Under the pieces are notes generated by a model. That model did not search any database and was not told the DNA's origin. It saw only the letters and a list, made by a program, of their open reading frames with translations. Positions 1 through 5,022 of a stretch of DNA of 5,022 nt are shown one piece after another. This DNA comes from Dubosiella newyorkensis (lineage in GTDB: Bacteria; Bacillota_I; Bacilli_A; Erysipelotrichales; Erysipelotrichaceae): assembly GCF_001945605.1 (NCBI RefSeq), contig NZ_MPKA01000132.1:1-5022 (forward strand), read 5' to 3'. The position numbers and the translations under genes are program-made. The first letter of the stretch is position 1. Each line of letters starts with the position of its first letter.

Positions 1-587
1 TTGGCGATGCCGACATCGATGTCTTTGGCCAATTCGCTCATGACTTCTTTGGCTTTGGCTTTGCTCCAGAGCTTGTTGCGGTAGTTCAGATCGCAAGAGA
101 TCTTCACCCCGTGCTCTTTGGCTTTTTGGCACGCTTCCAATGTGATTTCTGCCACATTGTCGTTGAGGGCTGGCGTGATGCCCGTGAAGTGGAACCATTT
201 CGCGTCTTTGAAGATCGCGTCCCAGTCGAAATCTTCTTTCTTGGCAAGAGCGATCGAAGAATCGGCGCGGTCATAGATGACTTTGCTTGGTCTTTGGCTC
301 GCTCCCTTTTCCAGGAAGTAGATTCCAAGACGGTTTCCGCTGCGGTTGATGTAGTCGGTCAGCACTCCATAGCGTCTCAAAGAATTGAGAGCGGCCTGTC
401 CGATCTCGTGGGCAGGAAGCGCGGAGACAAAGTAAGCGTCGTGTCCATAGTTGGCAAGCGATACGGCGACGTTGGCTTCTCCGCCTCCGTATGTCGCTCC
501 AAAGCTGTCGGCCTGCACGAAACGAGTGTATCCTTGCGGAGCAAGGCGGAGCATCAATTCTCCGAATGTGATTACTTTCTTTTTCAT
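1..587 (-). CDS. kdgK: 2-dehydro-3-deoxygluconokinase (KDG kinase, PfkB/ribokinase family). N-terminal 195 codons only; the 3' end lies beyond window position 1.
   Basis: Hand translation of the reverse complement, starting at the ATG at 587-585, is open down to position 3. It reads MKKKVITFGELMLRLAPQGYTRFVQADSFGATYGGGEANVAVSLANYGHDAYFVSALPAHEIGQAALNSLRRYGVLTDYINRSGNRLGIYFLEKGASQRPSKVIYDRADSSIALAKKEDFDWDAIFKDAKWFHFTGITPALNDNVAEITLEACQKAKEHGVKISCDLNYRNKLWSKAKAKEVMSELAKDIDVGIA. The blocks FGE-MLRL, ATYGGGEANVAVSLA, YFLEKGASQRPSKVIYDR and DLNYRNKLW are as I recall them from KdgK proteins. An AGAGG ribosome-binding site lies 8 nt upstream. The neighbouring gene is eda, the next step of the same pathway. 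Confidence 0.9.
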   Translation of the reverse strand, partial: MKKKVITFGELMLRLAPQGYTRFVQADSFGATYGGGEANVAVSLANYGHDAYFVSALPAHEIGQAALNSLRRYGVLTDYINRSGNRLGIYFLEKGASQRPSKVIYDRADSSIALAKKEDFDWDAIFKDAKWFHFTGITPALNDNVAEITLEACQKAKEHGVKISCDLNYRNKLWSKAKAKEVMSELAKDIDVGIA

Positions 588-591
588 TGTA

Positions 592-1233
592 TTAACCTCT
601 GATCTTTTCAAAACGAGAACGCGCTTCTCGGGAAAGGGCTTCGATCGTATCGAACTCTTTGTTGTCGATCAAATCTTTTTTGACCATCCAGCTTCCGCCT
701 ACACAAAGGATGATGTCTTCTTTTAAATAAGCGTCCATGTTTTTTTCGCTCACTCCACCAGAAGGCATGAATGTCATCATGTTGTAAGGGGCCGCGATCG
801 CTTTGATCATTTTGATTCCGCCAAGGATCTCGGCAGGAAACACTTTCACAAAACTCAAGCCAAGCTTATAGGCGGCTTGCACATCCGTTGCGGTAGCCGT
901 TCCAGGGACGACAGGAATGTCTTTCTGGATGCAGTATTTCACGACTTCTTCATCAAACCCAGGAGAGACGATGAATTGAGCTCCCGCACTGATCGCTTCG
1001 TCCACTTGGGCTGTCGATAAGATCGTTCCCGCGCCAACGAGCATATCAGGATGGCTTGCGCGCATCTCTTTGATGCAGGCGGCCGCTTCGCGGGTACGGA
1101 ATGTGATTTCAGCAGCGGGAAGACCACCCTTGCATAACGCATCCGCTAACAAGGAGGCGTCTTCTTTATGTTCGAGAGCGATCACAGGGATGATCCCGAT
1201 TTCTTTGAATCGTCTTATTATGTTATTCTTCAT
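592..1233 (-). CDS. eda: 2-dehydro-3-deoxyphosphogluconate aldolase / 4-hydroxy-2-oxoglutarate aldolase (class I, Eda/KdgA family)
   Basis: The track ORF 592..1287 contains MKNNIIRRFKEIGIIPVIALEHKEDASLLADALCKGGLPAAEITFRT...GAGTILS...FIVSPGFDEEVV...PGTATATDVQAAYKLGLSFVKVFPAE...FMPSGGVS...CVGGSWMV. These match Eda hallmarks: the E-x-T-x-R glutamate, the Schiff-base Lys in VKVFPAE, and the PSGGV and GGSW motifs. I chose the ATG at 1233 because MKNNII aligns with typical Eda N-termini. The two upstream in-frame ATGs at 1272 and 1287 lie inside the 3' end of the preceding gene. The stop codon TAA is at 594-592. Confidence 0.92.
   Translation of the reverse strand: MKNNIIRRFKEIGIIPVIALEHKEDASLLADALCKGGLPAAEITFRTREAAACIKEMRASHPDMLVGAGTILSTAQVDEAISAGAQFIVSPGFDEEVVKYCIQKDIPVVPGTATATDVQAAYKLGLSFVKVFPAEILGGIKMIKAIAAPYNMMTFMPSGGVSEKNMDAYLKEDIILCVGGSWMVKKDLIDNKEFDTIEALSREARSRFEKIRG
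596..600 (-). promoter_or_regulatory. Shine-Dalgarno sequence of kdgK, embedded in the last codons of eda (translational coupling)
   Basis: The minus strand reads GATCAGAGGTTAATACAATG, with AGAGG 8 nt upstream of the kdgK ATG. Only 4 nt separate the eda stop codon (594-592) from the kdgK start (587). Confidence 0.5.
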
Positions 1234-1250
1234 ATTTTTCCACTTTCCAA

Positions 1251-1258
1251 AATGACTT
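1251..1258. repeat. Direct-repeat copy 1 (AATGACTT), at the left composition boundary
   Basis: This is an exact 8-mer that also occurs at 4935-4942. It lies in the 28-bp spacer between the ThDP-gene stop and the eda start. The match itself is certain. The confidence value refers to whether it is biologically meaningful, for example as a target-site duplication or a recombination microhomology. Confidence 0.3.
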
Positions 1259-1287
1259 ATTTTAATTCTCATCAACCATTGGTACAA
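1259..1287 (-). promoter_or_regulatory. Candidate promoter for eda-kdgK, overlapping the stop codon of the ThDP-enzyme gene
   Basis: On the minus strand there is a TTGTAC -35 box (1287-1282), a 17-nt spacer, and a TAAAAT -10 box (1264-1259) that contains the TAA stop. This would give a leader of about 20 nt before the eda ATG. The match is imperfect and the context is AT-rich, so confidence is low. Confidence 0.25.
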
Positions 1288-3094
1288 TCATGATTTGTTC
1301 CAATTCTTCTCTTGGTAAGAATGGAGCTAAATCTTCTAATGGTGGACTCACTAAAGTTCCATCTTCTAAACGCTTTGTACTACTTTTTGGTTCCCACACT
1401 TGTGATGTATCAGTAAAAATCTCACAGAAAACAGGCCCTTTTTCTTTTAAAACTTTATCAACAACATCTTTCATTTCTTTATTACTCTTCGCACTGTAGT
1501 ATGGATAACCAAAGGCTTTTGCAATTTTTTCAAAATCAGGAAATGAAAGATCCGAAGACTCTGGCCCTATCCCTATTTTTGTATGGTTACCAAAAAGATT
1601 AGTTTGAGTAATCCTAATAGAATGATAACCATTATTATTGATCAGGAAAATCTTGATCGGTAGTCGATTGGTTAATACGGTCTGCAGCTCTTGAAGGTTC
1701 ATCATAATACTTCCATCGCCTTCTAAACAGATAGTTTCTCTTTTTCCGCCTCCAATACATGTCCCAATCGCAGCAGGTAATCCATAACCCATACTTGCAA
1801 TTGCACTGTTATTTGCCATACGGCTTCCCTTTTGAATCACATAAGTCTGATTTCCCACAACACAACATGCACCATTGGAAACTGCAGTTAAACTGTTTTC
1901 AGGAAGCTGACTGCTTAAATATTTAACGAATGCATATACATTGGCTGATGTTCCGTTTTCCTCCCATTGGCGCGGTTGAACTACTGGATATTCTTTTTTC
2001 CATTTTTGACAAGTTTTCAACCATTTTTCTTTTCTTGGTAAAGGATACCGCAAGGTGTCGTTCATTTTCGTAAGAAAATCTTTAGCGTCTGCCCATATCG
2101 GCATTTCAACATGCAATGTCGGTTTTTTTAATTCCGCTTTATCGATATCGACCATAATGACTTCTGCTTCCCGAGCCCAAGTCTTCCAATTGTAGCCAAC
2201 TTGACGAATAGAGATTCGAGTTCCAATTGCAAGAATTAAATCCGCATTTTGGATAGCCCAGTTTCCTGGTCTGTCCCCCATATTTCCTGCTCGACCACAA
2301 TACAATTCATTTTCATCTTCAATAAGATCAACGGCATTCCAATATGTGACAATTGGAATCCCTAGTTTTTCGGCAACTTCTCTAAACTGTTTATATGCTC
2401 CAGAAAGACGAATTCCATAACCTGCATGAAAAACAGGTCTTTTCGCTTTTTTTATTTTCTCGATTACTGCATCAATCGTTTCTTTAGAGACAGCCGGTGG
2501 AAGCAATGCATCATCTTCTGTTGGATCATAGCCCCGTAATTCATCAGTTTCTATATACATACCTTGAAAATTCACTGGAATATCAATCCATACAGGACCT
2601 GGACGTCCTGTAGTAGCTAAATGCCATGCTTTCTCTAAAGCATAACGAATATCCAGCGGATCTTCGATCATCGTCGCATATTTCGTCATCGGAGTAACCG
2701 ATTTTACAATATCGTATTCCTGATCTCCCATTGCCCGTAAAGGAGTTTCTGTAAACTGCAATGCATAACGAGCAGTGGTATCATAACGAACTTGTCCGCT
2801 AATAATCATCATAGGAATAGAATCAAGCCATCCCCCAACAACACCCGTCAATGCATTGGTTCCTCCCGGCCCTGTTGTTACGCAGACAGCTGCAATTCGA
2901 TTATCCAAACGAGCATATGCTTCCGCTGCAATTGCGCAAGCTTGTTCATGATGGTTATACGTAACTTTTAAACCATCCTTATGCCCCAAAGCATCGTTTA
3001 GATGCATTGCTCCTCCACCAACAACACTAAAACAATCTGTCACTCCATGATTTACTAAAAAATCAGCTACGTAATCTGCTAAACGTATCTTCAT
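1262..3094 (-). CDS. ThDP-dependent enzyme, acetolactate-synthase-like (three-domain POX/AHAS superfamily). Substrate unknown; possibly a YerE-type sugar-nucleotide carboligase.
   Basis: The 610-aa ORF has a strong AAAGGAG ribosome-binding site 8 nt upstream of its ATG. The N-terminal Pyr domain carries the catalytic-Glu context NHHEQACAIAAEAYAR and the TTGPGGTN loop. The middle domain reads KRPVFHAGYGIRLSGA...ADLILAIGTR. The C-terminal PP domain has the canonical ThDP/Mg motif GDGSIMMNLQELQTVLTNRLPIKIFLINNNGY (nt 1625-1720). VVGGGAMHLNDAL replaces the usual G-x-PGG-x-I-L of IlvB/AlsS. A tail of about 45 aa (QVWEPKSS...PPLEDLAPFLPREELEQ) follows the PP domain. Confidence 0.85.
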   Translation of the reverse strand: MKIRLADYVADFLVNHGVTDCFSVVGGGAMHLNDALGHKDGLKVTYNHHEQACAIAAEAYARLDNRIAAVCVTTGPGGTNALTGVVGGWLDSIPMMIISGQVRYDTTARYALQFTETPLRAMGDQEYDIVKSVTPMTKYATMIEDPLDIRYALEKAWHLATTGRPGPVWIDIPVNFQGMYIETDELRGYDPTEDDALLPPAVSKETIDAVIEKIKKAKRPVFHAGYGIRLSGAYKQFREVAEKLGIPIVTYWNAVDLIEDENELYCGRAGNMGDRPGNWAIQNADLILAIGTRISIRQVGYNWKTWAREAEVIMVDIDKAELKKPTLHVEMPIWADAKDFLTKMNDTLRYPLPRKEKWLKTCQKWKKEYPVVQPRQWEENGTSANVYAFVKYLSSQLPENSLTAVSNGACCVVGNQTYVIQKGSRMANNSAIASMGYGLPAAIGTCIGGGKRETICLEGDGSIMMNLQELQTVLTNRLPIKIFLINNNGYHSIRITQTNLFGNHTKIGIGPESSDLSFPDFEKIAKAFGYPYYSAKSNKEMKDVVDKVLKEKGPVFCEIFTDTSQVWEPKSSTKRLEDGTLVSPPLEDLAPFLPREELEQIMIVPMVDEN

Positions 3095-3102
3095 AATCTC
3101 AG

Positions 3103-3108
3103 CTCCTT
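3103..3108 (-). promoter_or_regulatory. Shine-Dalgarno sequence of the ThDP-enzyme gene
   Basis: The minus strand reads AAAAGGAGCTGAGATTATG. The AAGGAG core lies 8 nt upstream of the ATG at 3094. Confidence 0.65.
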
Positions 3109-3153
3109 TTTGTTTTATTCTTAATCTTTTTTTATTATATACAATTAATCAAA

Positions 3154-3181
3154 ATTATATAGACCAAAATAAATCATACAA
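3154..3181 (-). promoter_or_regulatory. Candidate sigma-70-type promoter in the 87-bp spacer upstream of the ThDP-enzyme gene
   Basis: On the minus strand there is a TTGTAT -35 box (3181-3176), a 16-nt spacer, and a consensus TATAAT -10 box (3159-3154). The spacer is very AT-rich, so promoter-like hexamers are expected by chance. I see no GC-rich hairpin terminator in 3095-3181. Confidence 0.3.
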
Positions 3182-5020
3182 TCAATCACTTGATATAATT
3201 AATTTGCCATCAACTGTTTTCCATTTGTTTAATAAAGGTCTTAATTCTTGATCATCTAATTTTTTTTGGAAATCATTCAGTTTTTTAACTGTATCATCTG
3301 TTATTTTTTCTCCATCATCTATACTAACACCATCAGCCATATTACTAAAACAGTTAGTTACAATAGTTTGATAATATCCAGATATTCCTGATGTAATTGC
3401 TCCTTTAAGTTCAACATCAGCGACACAGTTAATAATTGATCCTCCTCCAAGATTATCAGCTATTCCTCCGGCTCTTCCTTCGCCTTCTAATTTTCCAGTT
3501 ACTAAACAATTGATTATCCTTGTTGTTGAAGCTCCTTGGGAGGTAATACCTCCTACATAGGCTCCTTTAATATTACAATTATGTAAATTTACATTCTCTA
3601 CAGTTCCTATTAACTGGCCAAATAAACCTGCATTATTTTCTCCTTTTTTTATCTTAAGGTTTTCAATTTTAAATCCATCACCATTATAATTCCCTTCAAA
3701 AAAATTCCCACTTTCAAAATGACCGATAGGGTCCCAATTGTTAATTTCTGAAAGATCAATATTGGCTGTTTGTTTTAAAAATTGTCCATTAAAACTTGTT
3801 CCCGAATTGACACTGTCTCTAAAATACTCTAAATCTTCAATTGAAGAAATTAAATATGGATCTTTTATAGTTCCTAAACCTTCTAACTCTATGTCATCAA
3901 CAACTTCAGGAGTAGGATCAACATAATTTGAGGTGATGTTTTCAGCAGATTTTCTTTCAATAAATGTTTCAGTGATTGGTTGTCCATCTTTTAATTTATA
4001 TACAAAGACATTATCGACTTGTCCAATCAATTTATAATCTTTTTCCTTCACACTTGAAAACCATTTTTGAAGTTCTCTTTGCCCTAACGGGTTACCGCCA
4101 CGATAAATTTCTTCATGAGCTTCCAAAGCTCCTGGCATATCTTGCCAAATTACAATATCTGGTTTGTTCTTAGCTAATAATTTGGCCTCTTCAATAGCAA
4201 AATCATCAGCACAGACATCATAAAATTCCACTGGTACAAAACCATTCATATTATAATTTTCTTGAAAAATATTAAAAACTTTTGTGTGAGGAAAACCCCA
4301 AATAACAGAACCTTTATCTGTATTCTCTCCAATAACACGATTTAAATCTTCATATTTTTTCTTTTCTAATGGACTAAATTTGAATCCTTTTAAAGCTTTT
4401 ATATTTACAGTTTCAGTCTTCTCCCAGTAAGAAGGGATAGGATCTCCCCACCAGCTATACGGAGAAACTAGTTTTTGAGATAAACAAATACCAAAAAAAG
4501 TAACAAGAATACCATTAAACGATAAAACAAAATATTTATTATTTTGAATCGTTTTATTTTTAAAAATGAGATAGGTAAAAGCTGGAAAAAGTATAAATCC
4601 ACAACTCGGAACTACACCTACTTCGCCATTACTCATTATAGTTGCATATCCGCTTGCTAATCCTGAAAAAGCAATTATTATTCCATGAGTATCATAATTT
4701 TCATTTTTTATTCTCTTTGTTATGATGTCATATAGAATCCAGATTATAAAAAATATAAAAATTAATGTTAATAACTCAGGAACTTCTCTGAATAAAGCCG
4801 TATCCAAATAAATAGTTTGAGCAAGATGTTTAGGATTAATAATTAGACAAATAAATTCAACACATATTACTAATGGAAAGGCTATTTTCTTATATCTATA
4901 TATATTGCCTTTAATAAGCCAAACAAAGTCGATCAATGACTTGGTACGGGCGCTGATTGACCCATTTTTCGAATTCTTTGACCCTCGCACTGATTTCCTG
5001 CTTTGTATGAATGAATACAT
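3182..5020 (-). CDS. Polytopic membrane protein with an extracytoplasmic domain of unknown function and a C-terminal GLUG-type beta-helix domain. The 5' end is uncertain.
   Basis: This is the 612-codon track ORF. It has five hydrophobic segments, at roughly aa 46-61, 83-100, 113-129, 135-152 and 163-180. The alternating loops TKRIKNENYDTH and KNKTIQNNK are Lys/Arg-rich, which by the positive-inside rule places the C-terminal ~430 aa outside the cell. Residues 381-565 follow the pattern I recall from GLUG-motif surface proteins: GLGTIKDPYLISSIEDLEYF...QTANIDLSEINNWDPIG...FEGNYNGDGFKIENLKI...AGLFG...VGGI...AGGIA. The ATG at 5020 is 2 nt from the window edge, and codons 1-33 have atypical codon usage (see findings). 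The true start may therefore be internal (TTG at 4936 or GTG at 4990) or lie upstream of the window. Confidence 0.75.
   Translation of the reverse strand: MYSFIQSRKSVRGSKNSKNGSISARTKSLIDFVWLIKGNIYRYKKIAFPLVICVEFICLIINPKHLAQTIYLDTALFREVPELLTLIFIFFIIWILYDIITKRIKNENYDTHGIIIAFSGLASGYATIMSNGEVGVVPSCGFILFPAFTYLIFKNKTIQNNKYFVLSFNGILVTFFGICLSQKLVSPYSWWGDPIPSYWEKTETVNIKALKGFKFSPLEKKKYEDLNRVIGENTDKGSVIWGFPHTKVFNIFQENYNMNGFVPVEFYDVCADDFAIEEAKLLAKNKPDIVIWQDMPGALEAHEEIYRGGNPLGQRELQKWFSSVKEKDYKLIGQVDNVFVYKLKDGQPITETFIERKSAENITSNYVDPTPEVVDDIELEGLGTIKDPYLISSIEDLEYFRDSVNSGTSFNGQFLKQTANIDLSEINNWDPIGHFESGNFFEGNYNGDGFKIENLKIKKGENNAGLFGQLIGTVENVNLHNCNIKGAYVGGITSQGASTTRIINCLVTGKLEGEGRAGGIADNLGGGSIINCVADVELKGAITSGISGYYQTIVTNCFSNMADGVSIDDGEKITDDTVKKLNDFQKKLDDQELRPLLNKWKTVDGKLIISSD
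3329..3631 (-). other. Four tandem beta-helix coil repeats (GLUG-like) inside the membrane-protein CDS
   Basis: The protein-level repeats are 23-27 aa long: AGLFGQLIGTVENVNLHNCNIKG / AYVGGITSQGASTTRIINCLVTGKLEG / EGRAGGIADNLGGGSIINCVADVELKG / AITSGISGYYQTIVTNCFSNMADG. Each has a Gly-rich turn followed by an (I/V/H/T)-N-C step. The coordinates were computed from aa 464-564. Confidence 0.6.
4935..4942. repeat. Direct-repeat copy 2 (AATGACTT), at the right composition boundary
   Basis: This is an exact 8-mer identical to 1251-1258. It lies where the third-position GC of the 612-codon ORF drops from about 55% to about 13%. Confidence 0.3.
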
Positions 5021-5022
5021 TG

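Noticed and set aside
104-328. A 74-aa minus-strand ORF
   Set aside because: It is an out-of-frame overlap with kdgK on the same strand. The peptide is a low-complexity Ser/Lys/Arg-rich sequence typical of frame-shifted translation.
111-602. A 163-aa plus-strand ORF, the longest track ORF in the first 600 bp
   Set aside because: It is antisense to the kdgK reading frame, which has unmistakable family motifs and a proper ribosome-binding site and ATG. The peptide (MLFGFLARFQCDFCHIVVEGWRDAREV...) resembles no known family. Long shadow ORFs opposite a gene with C-ending codons are expected.
451-726. A 91-aa plus-strand ORF spanning the kdgK/eda junction
   Set aside because: It is antisense to two well-supported genes, and it has no ribosome-binding site and no recognisable motifs.
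939-1255. ORFs at 939..1142 (minus, 67 aa) and 1070..1255 (plus, 61 aa) inside eda
   Set aside because: Both overlap the Eda frame, which carries all the catalytic motifs. They are frame artefacts of a region that reaches 58% GC in the 1021-1080 sample.
1234-1287. An N-terminal extension of the eda ORF (MYQWLMRIKISHFGKWKN) up to the ATG at 1287
   Set aside because: The extension would overlap the 3' end of the ThDP gene by 26 nt, and it has no counterpart in Eda proteins as I know them. MKNNIIRRFKEIGIIPV is a typical Eda N-terminus.
1290-1499. A 69-aa plus-strand ORF
   Set aside because: It is antisense to the conserved C-terminal part of the ThDP enzyme and has no supporting signals.
2592-2611. 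The inverted repeat ACAGGAC...GTCCTGT, containing the perfect palindrome GGACGTCC
   Set aside because: It lies inside the codons for the conserved TTGRPGPV loop of the ThDP enzyme. The symmetry follows from the Gly-Arg-Pro-Gly-Pro codons and is unlikely to be a regulatory hairpin or operator.
1262-3094. Calling the ThDP enzyme biosynthetic or catabolic acetolactate synthase (ilvB/alsS)
   Set aside because: There are no ilvN/ilvC or alsD neighbours. It also has a divergent N-terminal cofactor-loop motif and an extra C-terminal tail. Only the superfamily-level call is justified.
3260-3267. An A8/T8 homopolymer inside the membrane-protein CDS as a possible phase-variation slip site. Runs of seven also occur at 3644-3650, 4493-4499, 2123-2129 and 740-746.
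   Set aside because: Runs of 7-8 A/T are expected in ~30% GC coding DNA rich in Lys and Phe codons. The longest run is only ~27 codons from the stop, so a frameshift there would barely change the protein. I see no evidence of variation.
3738-4173. Two plus-strand ORFs (3738..3926, 62 aa; 3976..4173, 65 aa)
   Set aside because: Both are antisense to the membrane/GLUG protein CDS. They are short and have no ribosome-binding site or motifs. I found nothing to suggest an overlapping antisense gene or a toxin-antitoxin pair.
4911-5021. Resemblance of ...KEFEKWVNQRPYQVIDRL to the LN-x-RPRK C-terminal motif of IS30-type or other DDE transposases
   Set aside because: The match is limited to N-x-RP. 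The spacing and the residues that follow do not fit, and the ORF ends too soon after the motif. It is too weak to call a mobile element.
1-5022. A search for CRISPR repeats, tRNA or rRNA-like structure, toxin-antitoxin pairs, known defence-system genes and terminal inverted repeats
   Set aside because: I found no periodic repeat-spacer pattern, no cloverleaf-compatible GC-rich segments, and no small paired ORFs in the two short intergenic gaps. Coding sequence on the minus strand accounts for nearly all of the window.

Overview
All supportable genes in the window lie on the minus strand. In transcription order they are: (1) a 612-codon ORF (5020->3182) encoding a polytopic membrane protein with a large extracytoplasmic region that ends in a GLUG-type beta-helix. 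(2) A 610-aa thiamine-diphosphate (ThDP) dependent enzyme of the acetolactate-synthase/pyruvate-oxidase superfamily (3094->1262). (3) KDPG/KHG aldolase Eda (1233->592). (4) The first 195 codons of 2-dehydro-3-deoxygluconokinase KdgK (587->1). KdgK is missing from the supplied ORF track because it has no stop codon in the window, so I translated it by hand. I found no rRNA, tRNA, CRISPR array, transposase, integrase or recognisable defence gene. The main unusual signal is compositional. kdgK and eda are about 50% GC with C-ending codons. The two upstream genes are about 30-40% GC, falling to 17% locally. The same 8-mer sits at both transition zones. Removing the low-GC block in silico joins a different reading frame, open at the right edge of the window, onto eda with an ATGA stop/start overlap. 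The accessory pair (an orphan ThDP enzyme of possible YerE-like type plus a membrane-anchored GLUG beta-helix protein) is the best candidate for uncharacterised biology, probably related to the cell surface or its glycans. I cannot assign it a function or show that it is a system from sequence alone. The strong AAAGGAG Shine-Dalgarno sequence suggests a Firmicutes-like host; this is inference.
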